64,000 nucleotides of DNA from Planctomicrobium piriforme (GCA_945871035.1 CAMBUD010000006.1:1859-65858), one strand, 5' to 3'; counted from the first letter of the stretch, positions 29,891-40,180 are shown. Translations and numbers: made by a program. The notes: generated from the sequence alone by a model not told the origin.

Positions 29891-30976
29891 ATGCTGCATG
29901 CGATCGTGATGGCTGGTGGATCGGGCACGCGTTTTTGGCCTGCAAGTCGGGCGGCTATGCCCAAGCAACTGCTTCCGTTAGCTGGCCACAGAACTCTCAT
30001 TCAAGACACGGTTGATCGCCTCGACGGCCTGGTGGATGAGCAGCGGATAATGGTTGTCACGGCATCACGACTTCTCCCGGTGGTGCGCGGACAGCTTCCG
30101 CAGGTTCCCGAAGCAGGCCTTGTGGGAGAGCCATGCAAGCGTGATACGGCTCCTTGCATTGGGCTTGCGGCACTGCTTGTCTTACGACATGACCCGCAGG
30201 CGACTATGGCCGTGATGCCCTCCGATCACGTGATCGTTCCGGCAGAACGTTTTCGGATGGCGATCCGCCAAGCTGAGGCAATTGTCGAAGAATCACCGGG
30301 CCGACTCGTCACGTTTGGAATCAAGCCGACATATCCTGCCGAGAGTTTTGGCTACATCCAACAAGGCAGACCACTCACTGCAGAAACGGTCTTGGCCGCT
30401 GCCGTCCATGCCGTTGCCCGTTTTCGTGAAAAGCCGCCGGCCAGTGTGGCAGAGGAATATCTTGCCGCTGGCAATTATCTCTGGAACTCTGGGATTTTTG
30501 TCTGGAAGGCAACCACGATTCTTGAGGCGCTCGCCGCCCATCAACCTGAGTGTCTAGAGCGTCTCAAGTGCATTGCTGCCGCTTGGGATACAGACCAACG
30601 CGATCGTGTCTTTGCCGAAGAGTTTGCCGCCATCAAGGCCATTTCTATCGACTACGCCGTCCTCGAGCAGGCCCCGGATGTGGCTGTGATTGAAGCTCCT
30701 TTTGCATGGGATGATTTAGGTGGTTGGTCTGCCGTGGCTCGTCAATTAGGCAGCGACAGGATGGGCAACACGATCGTTGGAAAACACCTTGGCATCGATT
30801 CGGTACGGACGATCGTGCATTGTAGTGAGGATCATCTAGTCGTCACGATGGGGCTTGAGGATATGCTTGTAGTGCATACGCCAGATGCTACGCTCGTGGC
30901 TGATAGAGCCCATGAAGAGGCGGTCAGGCGTGTTGTGACCGAGCTCGAGAAACTCGGCTGGAATGAATTTCTCTAA
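29891..30976 (+). CDS. manC: Mannose-1-phosphate guanylyltransferase (GDP-mannose pyrophosphorylase)
   Basis: MLHAIVMAGGSGTRFWPASR, PSDHVI, FGYIQ, FREKP, NSGIFVW and SIDYAVLE are the classical ManC/CpsB N-terminal domain motifs. Confidence 0.85.
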   Translation: MLHAIVMAGGSGTRFWPASRAAMPKQLLPLAGHRTLIQDTVDRLDGLVDEQRIMVVTASRLLPVVRGQLPQVPEAGLVGEPCKRDTAPCIGLAALLVLRHDPQATMAVMPSDHVIVPAERFRMAIRQAEAIVEESPGRLVTFGIKPTYPAESFGYIQQGRPLTAETVLAAAVHAVARFREKPPASVAEEYLAAGNYLWNSGIFVWKATTILEALAAHQPECLERLKCIAAAWDTDQRDRVFAEEFAAIKAISIDYAVLEQAPDVAVIEAPFAWDDLGGWSAVARQLGSDRMGNTIVGKHLGIDSVRTIVHCSEDHLVVTMGLEDMLVVHTPDATLVADRAHEEAVRRVVTELEKLGWNEFL

Positions 30977-31070
30977 GATGAATCCTTTTGCGTGCATGAA
31001 TCCCGCTGTGTGCTCATCGAGTCGATCTTTCCAAAAAAAGTTTTATGAAAACCCCCCGAGCCGGTGAGCG

Positions 31071-31583
31071 ATGACGCAGGATCTGCCAGAGAACGAGCGC
31101 GTTATGATTCCCGCTGGACGAGTGGCAGGGGTCGACTATGGACGCAAGCGGATCGGCATTGCTATCTGCGATGCACAACGGATCGTATCGAGCCCTTTTT
31201 GTGTGCGTCAATCGACAGGTGATACCGTTGCGGATGCTACGTTCTTTTGCACACTTGTTGCCAGTGAAGATATTGTTGGCTTTGTGGTCGGATTGCCAGT
31301 GCACGCTGATGGTTCCAACAGTCAGATGTCTGTAGAGGTTGAGCGTTTTGGTCAATGGCTGGCGGCAGTGACCAGTCGACCGGTTGTCTTTCAGGACGAG
31401 CGGTACAGTTCCATCGAGGCCACCGGATTGATGGCTGGCAGAGGGCTCTCGCGGGGCAAGAAAAAAGCCCGTGTGGATGCACTTGCGGCACAGATCGTGC
31501 TTTCTGCATGGCTGGAAACACAAAGCGATGCAGTGGTAGCGTGTTTCACTCCAGCAGATCGCCCTCGGGCACTCGACGCATGA
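31071..31583 (+). CDS. ruvX: Holliday-junction resolvase-like / pre-16S rRNA nuclease YqgF (RuvX)
   Basis: GVDYGRKRIGIAICD... VVGLPVHADGS... DERYSS. The start may be the internal Met at 31104. Confidence 0.8.
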   Translation: MTQDLPENERVMIPAGRVAGVDYGRKRIGIAICDAQRIVSSPFCVRQSTGDTVADATFFCTLVASEDIVGFVVGLPVHADGSNSQMSVEVERFGQWLAAVTSRPVVFQDERYSSIEATGLMAGRGLSRGKKKARVDALAAQIVLSAWLETQSDAVVACFTPADRPRALDA

Positions 31584-32485
31584 GCATGGATGCCGCTGAA
31601 CCCCTTCGCCAACCAGACGCGCCAGTAACTCAGTCGGTGGGCCGGCTTGTAGTAGGGTGTGGCTATTTAGGAATGCGCGTTGCGGAACGTTGGCTGGCAA
31701 CCGGCTCCCGTGTTTGGGCTGTGACCCGCAACGCTCAGCGCGCAGCACAGCTGGCCGCCGCCGGCATCGAGCCGATTATCGCTGACGTCACTGATGCCGC
31801 TGGTTACAACGATCTTCCTACCGTAGCCACTGTTTTTTGGGCGGTTGGTTTCGATCGTGCGGGGGCCGCAAGCTACCACGATGTTCACGTTGGTGGTTTG
31901 GGACGGCTATTAGATTCACTGCCTAAAAAGCCACGCGTGATTATGTCGAGTTCCACTGGTGTGTGGGCTGATGAAGACGGGCAAACGGTTAATGAAAAAA
32001 CTCCCACTCATCCAACGCGTGAAGCGGGGCAGGTGTTGCTTGCCGCCGAGTCGGTGTTGCGCTGCCACAGATTAGGCCCTGGGGTCGTGCTGCGATTTGC
32101 TGGACTCTACGGCCCAGATCGGCTGCCGCGCCTCACCGAATTAAAGGCAGGCAAGCCCGTGCCCGTTGATCCGAATAGCTGGCTCAATTTGATCCATGTC
32201 GATGATGCGGCTCAAATCGTTTGTGCAGTGTCTGACCATAAGAGTATTGATGGATTCGTACCGCGTCCGTTGTACGTTGTCTCGGATGGCGTTCCTGTGC
32301 GGCGTCGCGATTGGTATGGCCTTTTAGCGGCTCTCACCGGCAGCCCTCCACCAGCGTGGGATACTCAAGCACCACGCTCTCGCGGCACCGATAAACGCGT
32401 CGATCCATCGCTCTTGTTTGGCGATTTTTCTCTAACGCTTCAATACCCAGACTCCCTCTACGGAATCAAATCCATTATCGGCTGA
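31580..32485 (+). CDS. NAD(P)-binding epimerase/dehydratase-family (extended SDR) protein
   Basis: Rossmann N-terminus VVGCGYLGMRVAERWLATGSRVWAVTRN. I set the start at ATG 31580, which overlaps the ruvX stop (ATGA). The longer track ORF from 31355 lies inside ruvX. Confidence 0.7.
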   Translation: MSMDAAEPLRQPDAPVTQSVGRLVVGCGYLGMRVAERWLATGSRVWAVTRNAQRAAQLAAAGIEPIIADVTDAAGYNDLPTVATVFWAVGFDRAGAASYHDVHVGGLGRLLDSLPKKPRVIMSSSTGVWADEDGQTVNEKTPTHPTREAGQVLLAAESVLRCHRLGPGVVLRFAGLYGPDRLPRLTELKAGKPVPVDPNSWLNLIHVDDAAQIVCAVSDHKSIDGFVPRPLYVVSDGVPVRRRDWYGLLAALTGSPPPAWDTQAPRSRGTDKRVDPSLLFGDFSLTLQYPDSLYGIKSIIG

Positions 32486-32554
32486 GTATCGGTCATTGCA
32501 TGACACGCAAGGCATTGAGCCAAACGCGTTGTAAAATCTGCAGTCGGAAGCAGT

Positions 32555-34837
32555 CTATTGCAGGGCTGGCACAGGCTCTGGAAGGTTTGTTTTGATCTGC
32601 GCATCGGTACGCGCTAACCCGGCGTCTACTCCGGCAAGGTTGCCAAGATAATCGACCGTGACATTCATTGCTTCTTTAAAGTAGAAGTCTCGCTTGACGA
32701 TTGGTCGCTTGGGATTGGTAGTTTCCTCAAGCTTCTTTTCTTCTTCGTCGGCGGCTCTACCCTCGTTCCATTGGCGAGCAAAATCTGTTTCGACTAGTGA
32801 AACAACTTTCTCGCTTTTTCGCTTGTTGTATTGCGCAACATCCTGATCAACCTTGCGAAAATCCTCACTCTCTCGAACTCTTTTTAGGGACAGATTGCGA
32901 AGGCTCTTGAGCATGTCTTCTGACACACGCGCACTCGAACGAAAATCGGCGGGCGGCACTTTATCAAAAGCGATGGCGTGGTCGAGATCCGATTCACCCA
33001 CTGGCAGATGAGTGGTGATGCTAGGCAATTCAACATCGCTCTTAACGCCTTGGAGTTGCGTGCTCTCCCCTAAGGGACGGTAGAACTGCTGCATGGTGAT
33101 TTTGATTGCCCCCAACGACGGCGCATTTGGGAGACGCTGGAAGAGTTGTCTGCCGAGGTCCAGTAGGCTTTGCACCGTGCCTTTTCCATGGGTAGAGTTG
33201 TCGCCAATCACCAAGCCACGACGGTAATCTTGAATTGCCCCAGCCACGATTTCACTCGCGCTGGCGCTGAATTTATTGGTGAGCACGACAAGTGGACCGT
33301 CCCACGATATGCCGGGATCAACATCATCGTATTGCTGCACGCGTTTATCAGCATCCTTGATCTGCACCACCGGACCAGTCTCAATGAACAAACCCATAAG
33401 CGAAATGGATTCGGGCAACGAACCGCCACCATTATTGCGGAGATCGAGCACAACACAGTCGACCTCTTTCTGTCGAAATTCATCGAGCAGCCGCTTGCAG
33501 TCGCGAGTGCTGCTTTTGTATTCGGCCTGTCCCTGTCGGGCTCCCGCCATGTCCATATAAAAACTGGGTAGGTTGATGACGCCTATTCGATAGGGTTTAC
33601 CATCAGCTTTCTCGCCCTCTTCGACCAACTCACCACGGGCCTCGCTGTCTTTGAGTTCGATTTTTGCACGGGTGATGTCGTAAATCTTTGGGACCGTCTG
33701 GCCGACGGGAATTATCTTCAGTCGCACAATCGTGCCTCGCTTGCCCCGAATGAGTTTCACGACATCGTTTAAATTCATATCAACGACGTCGACAAGTTCA
33801 CCACCATCGCCCTGACCGACTGCAATCACACGGTCTTTTTTCTGCAGACGACTATCTTTATCAGCAGCGCCTCCGGGAACGAGTTCGGCCACCGTCGTGT
33901 AACCATCCTCACCCTTAAGAGACGCACCGATACCATCGAGTTGCAATCGCATGCCAATCTCAAAGTTTTCAAGGGTGCCTGGAGACATGAAGCTTGTGTG
34001 AGGATCGAGGCTGCTTGTCAGCGAGGAGAGGTAAGTTTCGAGCAGTTCATCAGCGTTCATCTGATGCATGCGTTTGACAAAGCTTCCGTAACGCCGTCGC
34101 AACTTATCTTGAGCTTCCTCAGGAGAAGACTTTTCCATCTTTTGCACTAGGAGGTCGTACTTGATGCGCTGCCGCCAGTTGTCTTGAGCCTCGGCTTCGC
34201 TAGCAGCCCACTTCGTATCATCACGATCGATGATAATCGACTCCTTTATTGTGAAGTCTTGCGGCGCAGAGAGCAGCTTTTCGATCAGTGGCAGGCGTGA
34301 GTCAACGCGCTGCAGAAAACGATTGAAGACCTCATATGCGAAGCTAACATCACCACGCTTGACGAGATCGTCGAGCGAATCACGTTTTTGCATGAATGCG
34401 TCAACGTCACTCTGGAGGAAGTAGATCTTCATTGGATCGAGTGATTCGAGAAAAATGTCAAACCAACGCCGGGCAATCTCATCGTCGATTGGTCGCCGGA
34501 GAAAATGCTCCCGTTCTAAATAGCTGCGTACGGCCAGAGTGATCTGGCGGTCGTTGGGACCCGGCTTGGAGGCTGCTGCAGGCGTTTCGGCAGCTGGATT
34601 TTTATCCGGTACCGCTGCAACGGCCACAGGGGGCTGTTCCGATTGTGCTGCACGTGGGCCGATGCAAAAGCTCAGAAAGAGAGCGGTCAAGATCCCTGCA
34701 GACCACTGCGTGAGTTGCCAGCGCTGCGGTGCATGAGGGTGAACAAACGGTCTAGTACAACCGACAGTGGAGAGGTTCTTACCGTTCACGCCATGGACTC
34801 CTTGACTTATAAAAGACTCTGAACCGACCGCATGCAT
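32555..34837 (-). CDS. prc: Tail-specific (C-terminal processing) protease, S41 family
   Basis: 760 aa. Prc N-terminal block FLESLDPMKIYFLQSDVDAF, a PDZ region, and the catalytic region VLDLRNNGGGSL...TNKFSASASEIVAGAIQDY. Confidence 0.9.
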   Translation of the reverse strand: MHAVGSESFISQGVHGVNGKNLSTVGCTRPFVHPHAPQRWQLTQWSAGILTALFLSFCIGPRAAQSEQPPVAVAAVPDKNPAAETPAAASKPGPNDRQITLAVRSYLEREHFLRRPIDDEIARRWFDIFLESLDPMKIYFLQSDVDAFMQKRDSLDDLVKRGDVSFAYEVFNRFLQRVDSRLPLIEKLLSAPQDFTIKESIIIDRDDTKWAASEAEAQDNWRQRIKYDLLVQKMEKSSPEEAQDKLRRRYGSFVKRMHQMNADELLETYLSSLTSSLDPHTSFMSPGTLENFEIGMRLQLDGIGASLKGEDGYTTVAELVPGGAADKDSRLQKKDRVIAVGQGDGGELVDVVDMNLNDVVKLIRGKRGTIVRLKIIPVGQTVPKIYDITRAKIELKDSEARGELVEEGEKADGKPYRIGVINLPSFYMDMAGARQGQAEYKSSTRDCKRLLDEFRQKEVDCVVLDLRNNGGGSLPESISLMGLFIETGPVVQIKDADKRVQQYDDVDPGISWDGPLVVLTNKFSASASEIVAGAIQDYRRGLVIGDNSTHGKGTVQSLLDLGRQLFQRLPNAPSLGAIKITMQQFYRPLGESTQLQGVKSDVELPSITTHLPVGESDLDHAIAFDKVPPADFRSSARVSEDMLKSLRNLSLKRVRESEDFRKVDQDVAQYNKRKSEKVVSLVETDFARQWNEGRAADEEEKKLEETTNPKRPIVKRDFYFKEAMNVTVDYLGNLAGVDAGLARTDAQIKTNLPEPVPALQ

Positions 34838-34863
34838 TGTGACAACTAACAGCCGTTCTGACG

Positions 34864-34890
34864 AGGTGTTTTTTGATCAGAAAAACACCT
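34864..34890 (-). other. Perfect 10-bp stem / 7-nt loop hairpin between cbiX and prc
   Basis: AGGTGTTTTT-tgatcag-AAAAACACCT, read directly. It abuts the cbiX stop codon (34890-34892). There is no U-tract after the stem on the transcribed (minus) strand, so the terminator call is weak. Confidence 0.3.
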
Positions 34891-35906
34891 TAAATTCCGC
34901 AGCTGTCAAATGTGTGTGCAGCCTCTCCTGCACGCCTGAGAAGCGCTGCTGCTACGAGGCTAGCAGGGCCCAATCGATCGACCTCCACCCACTCAATATC
35001 TGGATGCTGTTCCCGACAGCAGTTCATGGCCTCTAAAACCTGTTTGTGAACGTGACCACCAAACAGAAGATGGGGTTGCACAATTATTCTCAGCGGCACA
35101 GGGTCAGAAGATTTTGGATGTTCATCCAGCATTCTACGGTTGATCGTCGGGAAAGGGTTGCCCGCGAGAAATATTTTCTCACGGACTGCCGAGGAGGCTG
35201 TTCCGGCGGCTGCGGCTAGGGCTTCGGCAAGAGTGGGGCGTGCAGCCGTCACAAAACCAATTTCTACCCGTCCAGGCTGAAAGAACTGTCCCGCTAGCGG
35301 TGCATATCGAGGGGCATATTGAGATAGATCCGTAGAATCGAGCGTGGCTGCCGTGAATGCTTGCAACTGCCGCAAGGCATCGGGATCGCTTGAGCCGCGT
35401 CCCACCATAACAAGTGCAGTTTCGGCAGAGGCCAGAGGTGTCAACCTCGCGAGTGCCTCGCTGCGACGCTGCCGTGCGAGTAACACAATTTCTGGCAGAC
35501 ACCCAAGAGCCTCAGCCTGCCGCACGACCACTCCAGCTGCCAAGGCACCCTCTCGAAGAGCATCCGGTACATCCTGACGAGCGTGACCGGCCGTAAAGAG
35601 TAACAGTGGAGCGGCCACCACCTCACGACACCCTCGCGCTGCCAGTTGCAAAAGAGCCTCCCCAATCGATGGCCCAATAACTTCTAAAAAGCCCAGTTCC
35701 ACGGGCACCCCGGGCAACATCTGGGCTACAAGCCGTGCCACCGCAAGCGTTTCGCTAGACCCCGTAGCGTCTGCCGTTCCGTGCCCGACCACCAGCATGC
35801 CGCGCGTGCCACTGAAAAATTGAGCTGCCCATTCCTCAACGGGCTTTGAACTCTGTTGCTCCATGACGACAAGCGCGCTTTCTGCTGCGGTGGAGAGCGG
35901 TTTCAT
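34890..35906 (-). CDS. Sirohydrochlorin chelatase, CbiX/SirB family (two-domain long form)
   Basis: Two CbiX-like halves. The first is MLVVGHGTADATGSSE...APLLLFTAGHARQDVP. The second is LVMVGRGSSDPDA...QPHLLFGGHV. Confidence 0.7.
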   Translation of the reverse strand: MKPLSTAAESALVVMEQQSSKPVEEWAAQFFSGTRGMLVVGHGTADATGSSETLAVARLVAQMLPGVPVELGFLEVIGPSIGEALLQLAARGCREVVAAPLLLFTAGHARQDVPDALREGALAAGVVVRQAEALGCLPEIVLLARQRRSEALARLTPLASAETALVMVGRGSSDPDALRQLQAFTAATLDSTDLSQYAPRYAPLAGQFFQPGRVEIGFVTAARPTLAEALAAAAGTASSAVREKIFLAGNPFPTINRRMLDEHPKSSDPVPLRIIVQPHLLFGGHVHKQVLEAMNCCREQHPDIEWVEVDRLGPASLVAAALLRRAGEAAHTFDSCGI

Positions 35907-36020
35907 TTGTTGCCAGGCAGTTTCATTGCGGCTGCAACTTGAGGGCAGAAGAGTTGAAAAGCCATCGTTCGGATGCCACGCATTGCTGGACAGGAAGAGT
36001 GCTGGTTCACGGGTGATGAC

Positions 36021-37343
36021 TTATCTATTTATCGACTCGTGTGTGATTGACCGTGGCAGAAGCATTACGACAAATAATAGCGTTGTCACGGCGGCAACGT
36101 AGGGGAGGCAGCGCGATGCGTTTAGTGAAAATAGGATCGACCCGCAGAGCGGGCCGAGGATTCGTCCGAGTGAGGCAAATGACTGATTCACCCCGAGCAC
36201 CTCGCCTTGCCGGGACGGATCGGTACGCTGAGAAACTAAAGCTGATACTGAGGGATTGACGAACGCAAAACCGACCACTGCAACAGCCGATGCAGAGTAA
36301 AATGTGGCACGGAGAACTCCTAGCCCGCTTGCATGCGTTGGCAACCAAGCATGCACCAGCCACGCGATCACGCCGAGACCGCCAAGACCGAGGATCATCA
36401 GAAAGACGCCTGCCGTAAGCAGTCGTGTTTCCGGCAGGCGTTGTGCGAGCGGGCGGTACAGTCCACCGGCAAACATCAACACCACGCCGATAAAAGCAAA
36501 CACAAGAAAATTGTCATTGTCGGCCATGCCAAAGGCCTCCTTTGTGAGGAGAGCGAGTGTGGCCTCGAAATTGGCAAAGGCAAAGATCGAGAGAAAATAA
36601 GTCAGAACCAGTGCGCCAACAGTTGGCATCATGAGCACCGAGGCTGTCCGCCCGACACTGAAAAAATCCCTGCCTGCCCGATGGGTAAGGGTTCGGGTTT
36701 CCTTGAACACAAAGATCGCGATGAGCAGTGCCAGCAGGGATAGTATCGAAGCCAGTGCGCCCACTCCCCACGGCTCACGCTTGAAGAGCACAAGACCGAA
36801 GTAGGCGATCAACGGTCCGAGTGTGAAGCCAGCACCAAATGCGATGCCGATCAGGGCCATGCCCCGCGCCCGCTTCTCGGGGGTTGTGCAGTCGGCGATG
36901 ACAGCCGCCGCAGTCCCCACGCTGGCGCCGGCGATGCCGGCTCCAATGCGCGACAAGAGCATCAGGCTCAACGCAAGCACGGCTTGTTCCGGCGGAAACG
37001 TAACCGCGAAACCATAGAGAGCGTAGAAGACAACAGAGCCCGATAGACTTAAGAGCAGAATTGGCCGGCGTCCAATGCGATCCGACACGCGTCCCCAAAG
37101 TGGACTGAAGATGAACTGCATCAATGAGAAGACAGAAAAAAGCACGCCGATCATTGCGCCTTTTGCCAGCGGCGACAGGCCAATCGCAGTGAGATAAGGT
37201 TCGGCCTGTCGCGGCATGACCGGAAGAACAATGCCGAAGCCCAGTAGATCGATGAATACTGTCAGGAAAATCACAAGCAGCGCACCACGCGGTGGACTGC
37301 TTGTACGGATCGAGTGCACGGCTGCTTCAGGAAAGGCGGGCAT
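36021..37343 (-). CDS. MFS transporter (drug:H+ antiporter-like)
   Basis: 12 hydrophobic segments. The MFS loop-2/3 motif is WGRVSDRIGRRPILLLS. Confidence 0.85.
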   Translation of the reverse strand: MPAFPEAAVHSIRTSSPPRGALLVIFLTVFIDLLGFGIVLPVMPRQAEPYLTAIGLSPLAKGAMIGVLFSVFSLMQFIFSPLWGRVSDRIGRRPILLLSLSGSVVFYALYGFAVTFPPEQAVLALSLMLLSRIGAGIAGASVGTAAAVIADCTTPEKRARGMALIGIAFGAGFTLGPLIAYFGLVLFKREPWGVGALASILSLLALLIAIFVFKETRTLTHRAGRDFFSVGRTASVLMMPTVGALVLTYFLSIFAFANFEATLALLTKEAFGMADNDNFLVFAFIGVVLMFAGGLYRPLAQRLPETRLLTAGVFLMILGLGGLGVIAWLVHAWLPTHASGLGVLRATFYSASAVAVVGFAFVNPSVSALVSQRTDPSRQGEVLGVNQSFASLGRILGPLCGSILFSLNASRCLPYVAAVTTLLFVVMLLPRSITHESINR

Positions 37344-37373
37344 ACAAGACCTAGGCTGCTAGACTATTCATCC

Positions 37374-38639
37374 ATGGGTAAAGGCCTGTCGAACGATCGA
37401 CAAAAACAACCTCCGGAGGCCTTGAGCGTCACGGAGTTTACGTCGCGAGTCAAGGAGCACGTTGAGTCGCGCTTTGCCGATGCATGGGTATGCGGAGAGA
37501 TCTCCAATCTCGTTGCCGCTTCATCGGGCCACGTGTACCTGTCCCTCAAGGATGATACTTCGCTATTGCGTGCTGTTATTTGGCGGGGTACGCGCCAACT
37601 TTTGGCGATCGAACCGTCCGACGGATTAGAGGTTATTTGCCACGGTCGATTGGAAGTGTATCCCCCGCGTGGCACGTACCAACTCACGATTGACGCGCTG
37701 CACGCGATCGGGACTGGTGCACTTGAAGCCCGCTTGCGAAAGCTCCATGCCTCTCTGGAAAGCGAAGGATTATTTGCCGCCGAAAGAAAACGCCCCATCC
37801 CCACGTTCCCACGCCGCATCGCATTGGTAACCAGCCCCAGTGGCGCGGCAATCGCAGACTTTCTCAAAACACTTTTTCTACGGTGGCGTGCCACAGAGGT
37901 GATTGTGGTGCCGTCGCGGGTGCAGGGAGCAGGTGCGGCGGAGGAACTGGCTGCAGCCTTGGCAACTGCCGCTCGCATCAGGCCCGCTGTGGACGTGATT
38001 GCACTGGTTCGCGGTGGCGGTAGTCTCGAAGATCTGTGGGCCTTTAATGAAGAGGTACTGGTGCGTGCCGTGGTGGCCTCACCCATTCCGATTGTGTCAG
38101 GAGTCGGTCACGAGATCGATGTTTCGCTCGCCGATCTTGCTGCTGATCTGCGCGCCTTGACACCCACCGATGCAGCTGTGCAGGTATCCCCAGATGGAGT
38201 GCAAATGGTAGCGATGACCGATTCACTGGGCATCCGTCTGCAAGCAAGTCTCAAGCGTTCCCTTAGAGCGACGCGGGATCGCATCGATCATTTAACGCGA
38301 GCACCGATTTTTGCTGATCCCAATAAAGTGGTCCGCGATCGTGACAGCCTTGTTCAGCAGCATGCCGCGCGTTTGAACCGCTTAGTGAACACGGCAATTC
38401 AACGCGGACGAGAGCGGCTGGGAGCTGCAGTCGGCCGCCTCGAAGCCGGTAGCCCCTTGAAGTTGTTGTCGCGTGGCTACTCGGTCACGAGCCTGGCAGA
38501 GAACTACGGTAAACATGGCAGCACAGCACTGCGATCGACAGCCGGCATCGATCCGGAAGCAATAATCGTTACCCATCTCGCCGATGGACGTCTCTGGAGT
38601 CGCGTGGAAAGGATCACAAATGATGCAGACAAAGACTGA
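37374..38639 (+). CDS. xseA: Exodeoxyribonuclease VII large subunit
   Basis: OB-fold N-terminus LSVTEFTSRVKEHVESRFADAWVCGEISN..SGHVYLSLKD, then IALVTSPSGAAIADF and RGGGSLEDLWAFNEE. I chose ATG 37374; the track start at 37314 would overlap the divergent MFS gene. Confidence 0.9.
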   Translation: MGKGLSNDRQKQPPEALSVTEFTSRVKEHVESRFADAWVCGEISNLVAASSGHVYLSLKDDTSLLRAVIWRGTRQLLAIEPSDGLEVICHGRLEVYPPRGTYQLTIDALHAIGTGALEARLRKLHASLESEGLFAAERKRPIPTFPRRIALVTSPSGAAIADFLKTLFLRWRATEVIVVPSRVQGAGAAEELAAALATAARIRPAVDVIALVRGGGSLEDLWAFNEEVLVRAVVASPIPIVSGVGHEIDVSLADLAADLRALTPTDAAVQVSPDGVQMVAMTDSLGIRLQASLKRSLRATRDRIDHLTRAPIFADPNKVVRDRDSLVQQHAARLNRLVNTAIQRGRERLGAAVGRLEAGSPLKLLSRGYSVTSLAENYGKHGSTALRSTAGIDPEAIIVTHLADGRLWSRVERITNDADKD

Positions 38640-39090
38640 CGGCATGCCCTCGGATCACACGGCGGTGGAGGAGCCCTCAAAGCCGACCCAGACGCCCTCG
38701 TTTGAGGCCGCATTTGCCCAGCTTAGCGATCTCGTAAACCGTCTGGAGTCTGGTGCGCTCGGTTTGTCCGACTCAATAACCGCCTACGAACAAGGCGTGG
38801 CCATTCTGCGACAGTTGAACGACGAGTTGACCACGGCCGAACATCGAATCAGCGTGCTCGTGCGAGCGGACGCAGCCGGCCGGCCAATTATTGATCCAGT
38901 GGCCACGGCCGCAGCGATGGATTTGGCAGCACTAAAAGGCTCGACTCAAGCAGGAACAGCACCGCCACACAGCCCGGCGGATTCGTCCCTCAAACGAGAT
39001 GCTGCTGCCGGCGGAGCACGCAGGTCCTCGGGCACCACCGGGCGGTCCAAACGGCTCCCGGGGATGGACGATCCCTCTGGAAATGCGTAA
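38620..39090 (+). CDS. xseB: Exodeoxyribonuclease VII small subunit with an unusually long low-complexity C-terminal tail
   Basis: The XseB core is SFEAAFAQLSDLVNRLESGALGLSDSITAYEQGVAILRQLNDELTTAEHRISVL. At about 156 aa it is roughly twice the usual length. It overlaps the xseA end by 20 nt. Confidence 0.8.
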   Translation: MMQTKTDGMPSDHTAVEEPSKPTQTPSFEAAFAQLSDLVNRLESGALGLSDSITAYEQGVAILRQLNDELTTAEHRISVLVRADAAGRPIIDPVATAAAMDLAALKGSTQAGTAPPHSPADSSLKRDAAAGGARRSSGTTGRSKRLPGMDDPSGNA

Positions 39091-39165
39091 ACTTTGAAAT
39101 CATACATATCGTCCCATTGATTTTTCATATTCCATCTCCCAACTCTCCTACTGCGGGGGCCGCAT

Positions 39166-40152
39166 ATGGCAAGCTGCCAGGTGTCCGGCAGTCAAGATGC
39201 CTCCAGCCTCAATGGCTCACTAACTCACTCGCTTGCCCGAGTGAAAGCCTTTGTTGAGCCGTTGCTGGAAACGTCGTTGAAAGGTACTGCGGAGGTTCCT
39301 CCACGGCTGTTGGCTGCTATGCGGCACGTTTTGCTCGCCCCGGGCAAACGGCTTCGCCCTGCCCTTGTGCTTTGGGCTGCTGATGCCTGCACCCGCAGCG
39401 TTGACCGCACAGACGCAGGCAGTCGCAGCCGCTGGGAAAAAGCTGGTGCCGCTGCCATTGCGGTGGAAATGATTCACGCTTATTCACTTGTCCACGACGA
39501 CCTACCGGCGATGGACGACGACGATTTGCGTCGCGGTTTGCCCACCTGCCACCGGGCTTTTGATGAAGCAACGGCCATTCTCTGTGGCGATGCCTTGCAA
39601 GCTCTGGCATTTGAAATACTAGCCAGCCAGATGGCCCCGGCAATAGCGGCGCGGGGCTGCCTTGTGCTAGCGCAGGCGGCTGGCGCCGAAGCGCTCGTGG
39701 GCGGCCAATCAGACGATCTCTCTTTAGAACGCGGTTGGGTTGCCGACTTATCAACTGCCTCCACCGAGGCACAGACTTGCTGGCTGGAGCGCGTTCATCG
39801 CCGCAAAACAGGTGCTTTATTTCTAGCGGCACTCAAGCTCGGTGGCTTGTCGGTAGGGGCTAGCGCCGAACAACTCTTGCAACTGGAGGCGTATGGCCGT
39901 GCCTTTGGTTTAGCTTTTCAAATCGCCGATGATCTGCTCGACGCCGAAGGCACCGAGGCATCTGTTGGCAAGCGGGTTGGCAAGGATGTTGAGCGCGGCA
40001 AGCTGACATTCCCGGCTGTTGTTGGCCTTAAGGCAAGTCGTTCCCGGGGCGAAGCACTTGTCCGGGAGGCCGTTGAAGCCCTCTCCGGAATGGGAGAATC
40101 AGCCGGAGAACTCACCCGTCTGGCACAATGGATCATCGCGCGAGACCATTAG
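39166..40152 (+). CDS. ispA: Polyprenyl diphosphate synthase (FPP/GGPP synthase, IspA type)
   Basis: First Asp-rich motif is SLVHDDLPAMDDDDLRRGLPTCH. Second is FQIADDLLD. Its position between xseB and dxs matches E. coli. Confidence 0.88.
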   Translation: MASCQVSGSQDASSLNGSLTHSLARVKAFVEPLLETSLKGTAEVPPRLLAAMRHVLLAPGKRLRPALVLWAADACTRSVDRTDAGSRSRWEKAGAAAIAVEMIHAYSLVHDDLPAMDDDDLRRGLPTCHRAFDEATAILCGDALQALAFEILASQMAPAIAARGCLVLAQAAGAEALVGGQSDDLSLERGWVADLSTASTEAQTCWLERVHRRKTGALFLAALKLGGLSVGASAEQLLQLEAYGRAFGLAFQIADDLLDAEGTEASVGKRVGKDVERGKLTFPAVVGLKASRSRGEALVREAVEALSGMGESAGELTRLAQWIIARDH

Positions 40153-40180
40153 ATCGGGCTGATTAGGAACACTGCAAGCT

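Noticed and set aside
31014-31748. 244-aa minus-strand ORF spanning the ruvX/SDR junction.
   Set aside because: It overlaps two motif-supported plus-strand genes, and its composition looks non-protein-like.
35907-36020. Cobalamin riboswitch upstream of the cbiX-like chelatase gene.
   Set aside because: The 114-nt leader is too short, and it lacks the B12 box (GCCACTG-like) on the transcribed strand.
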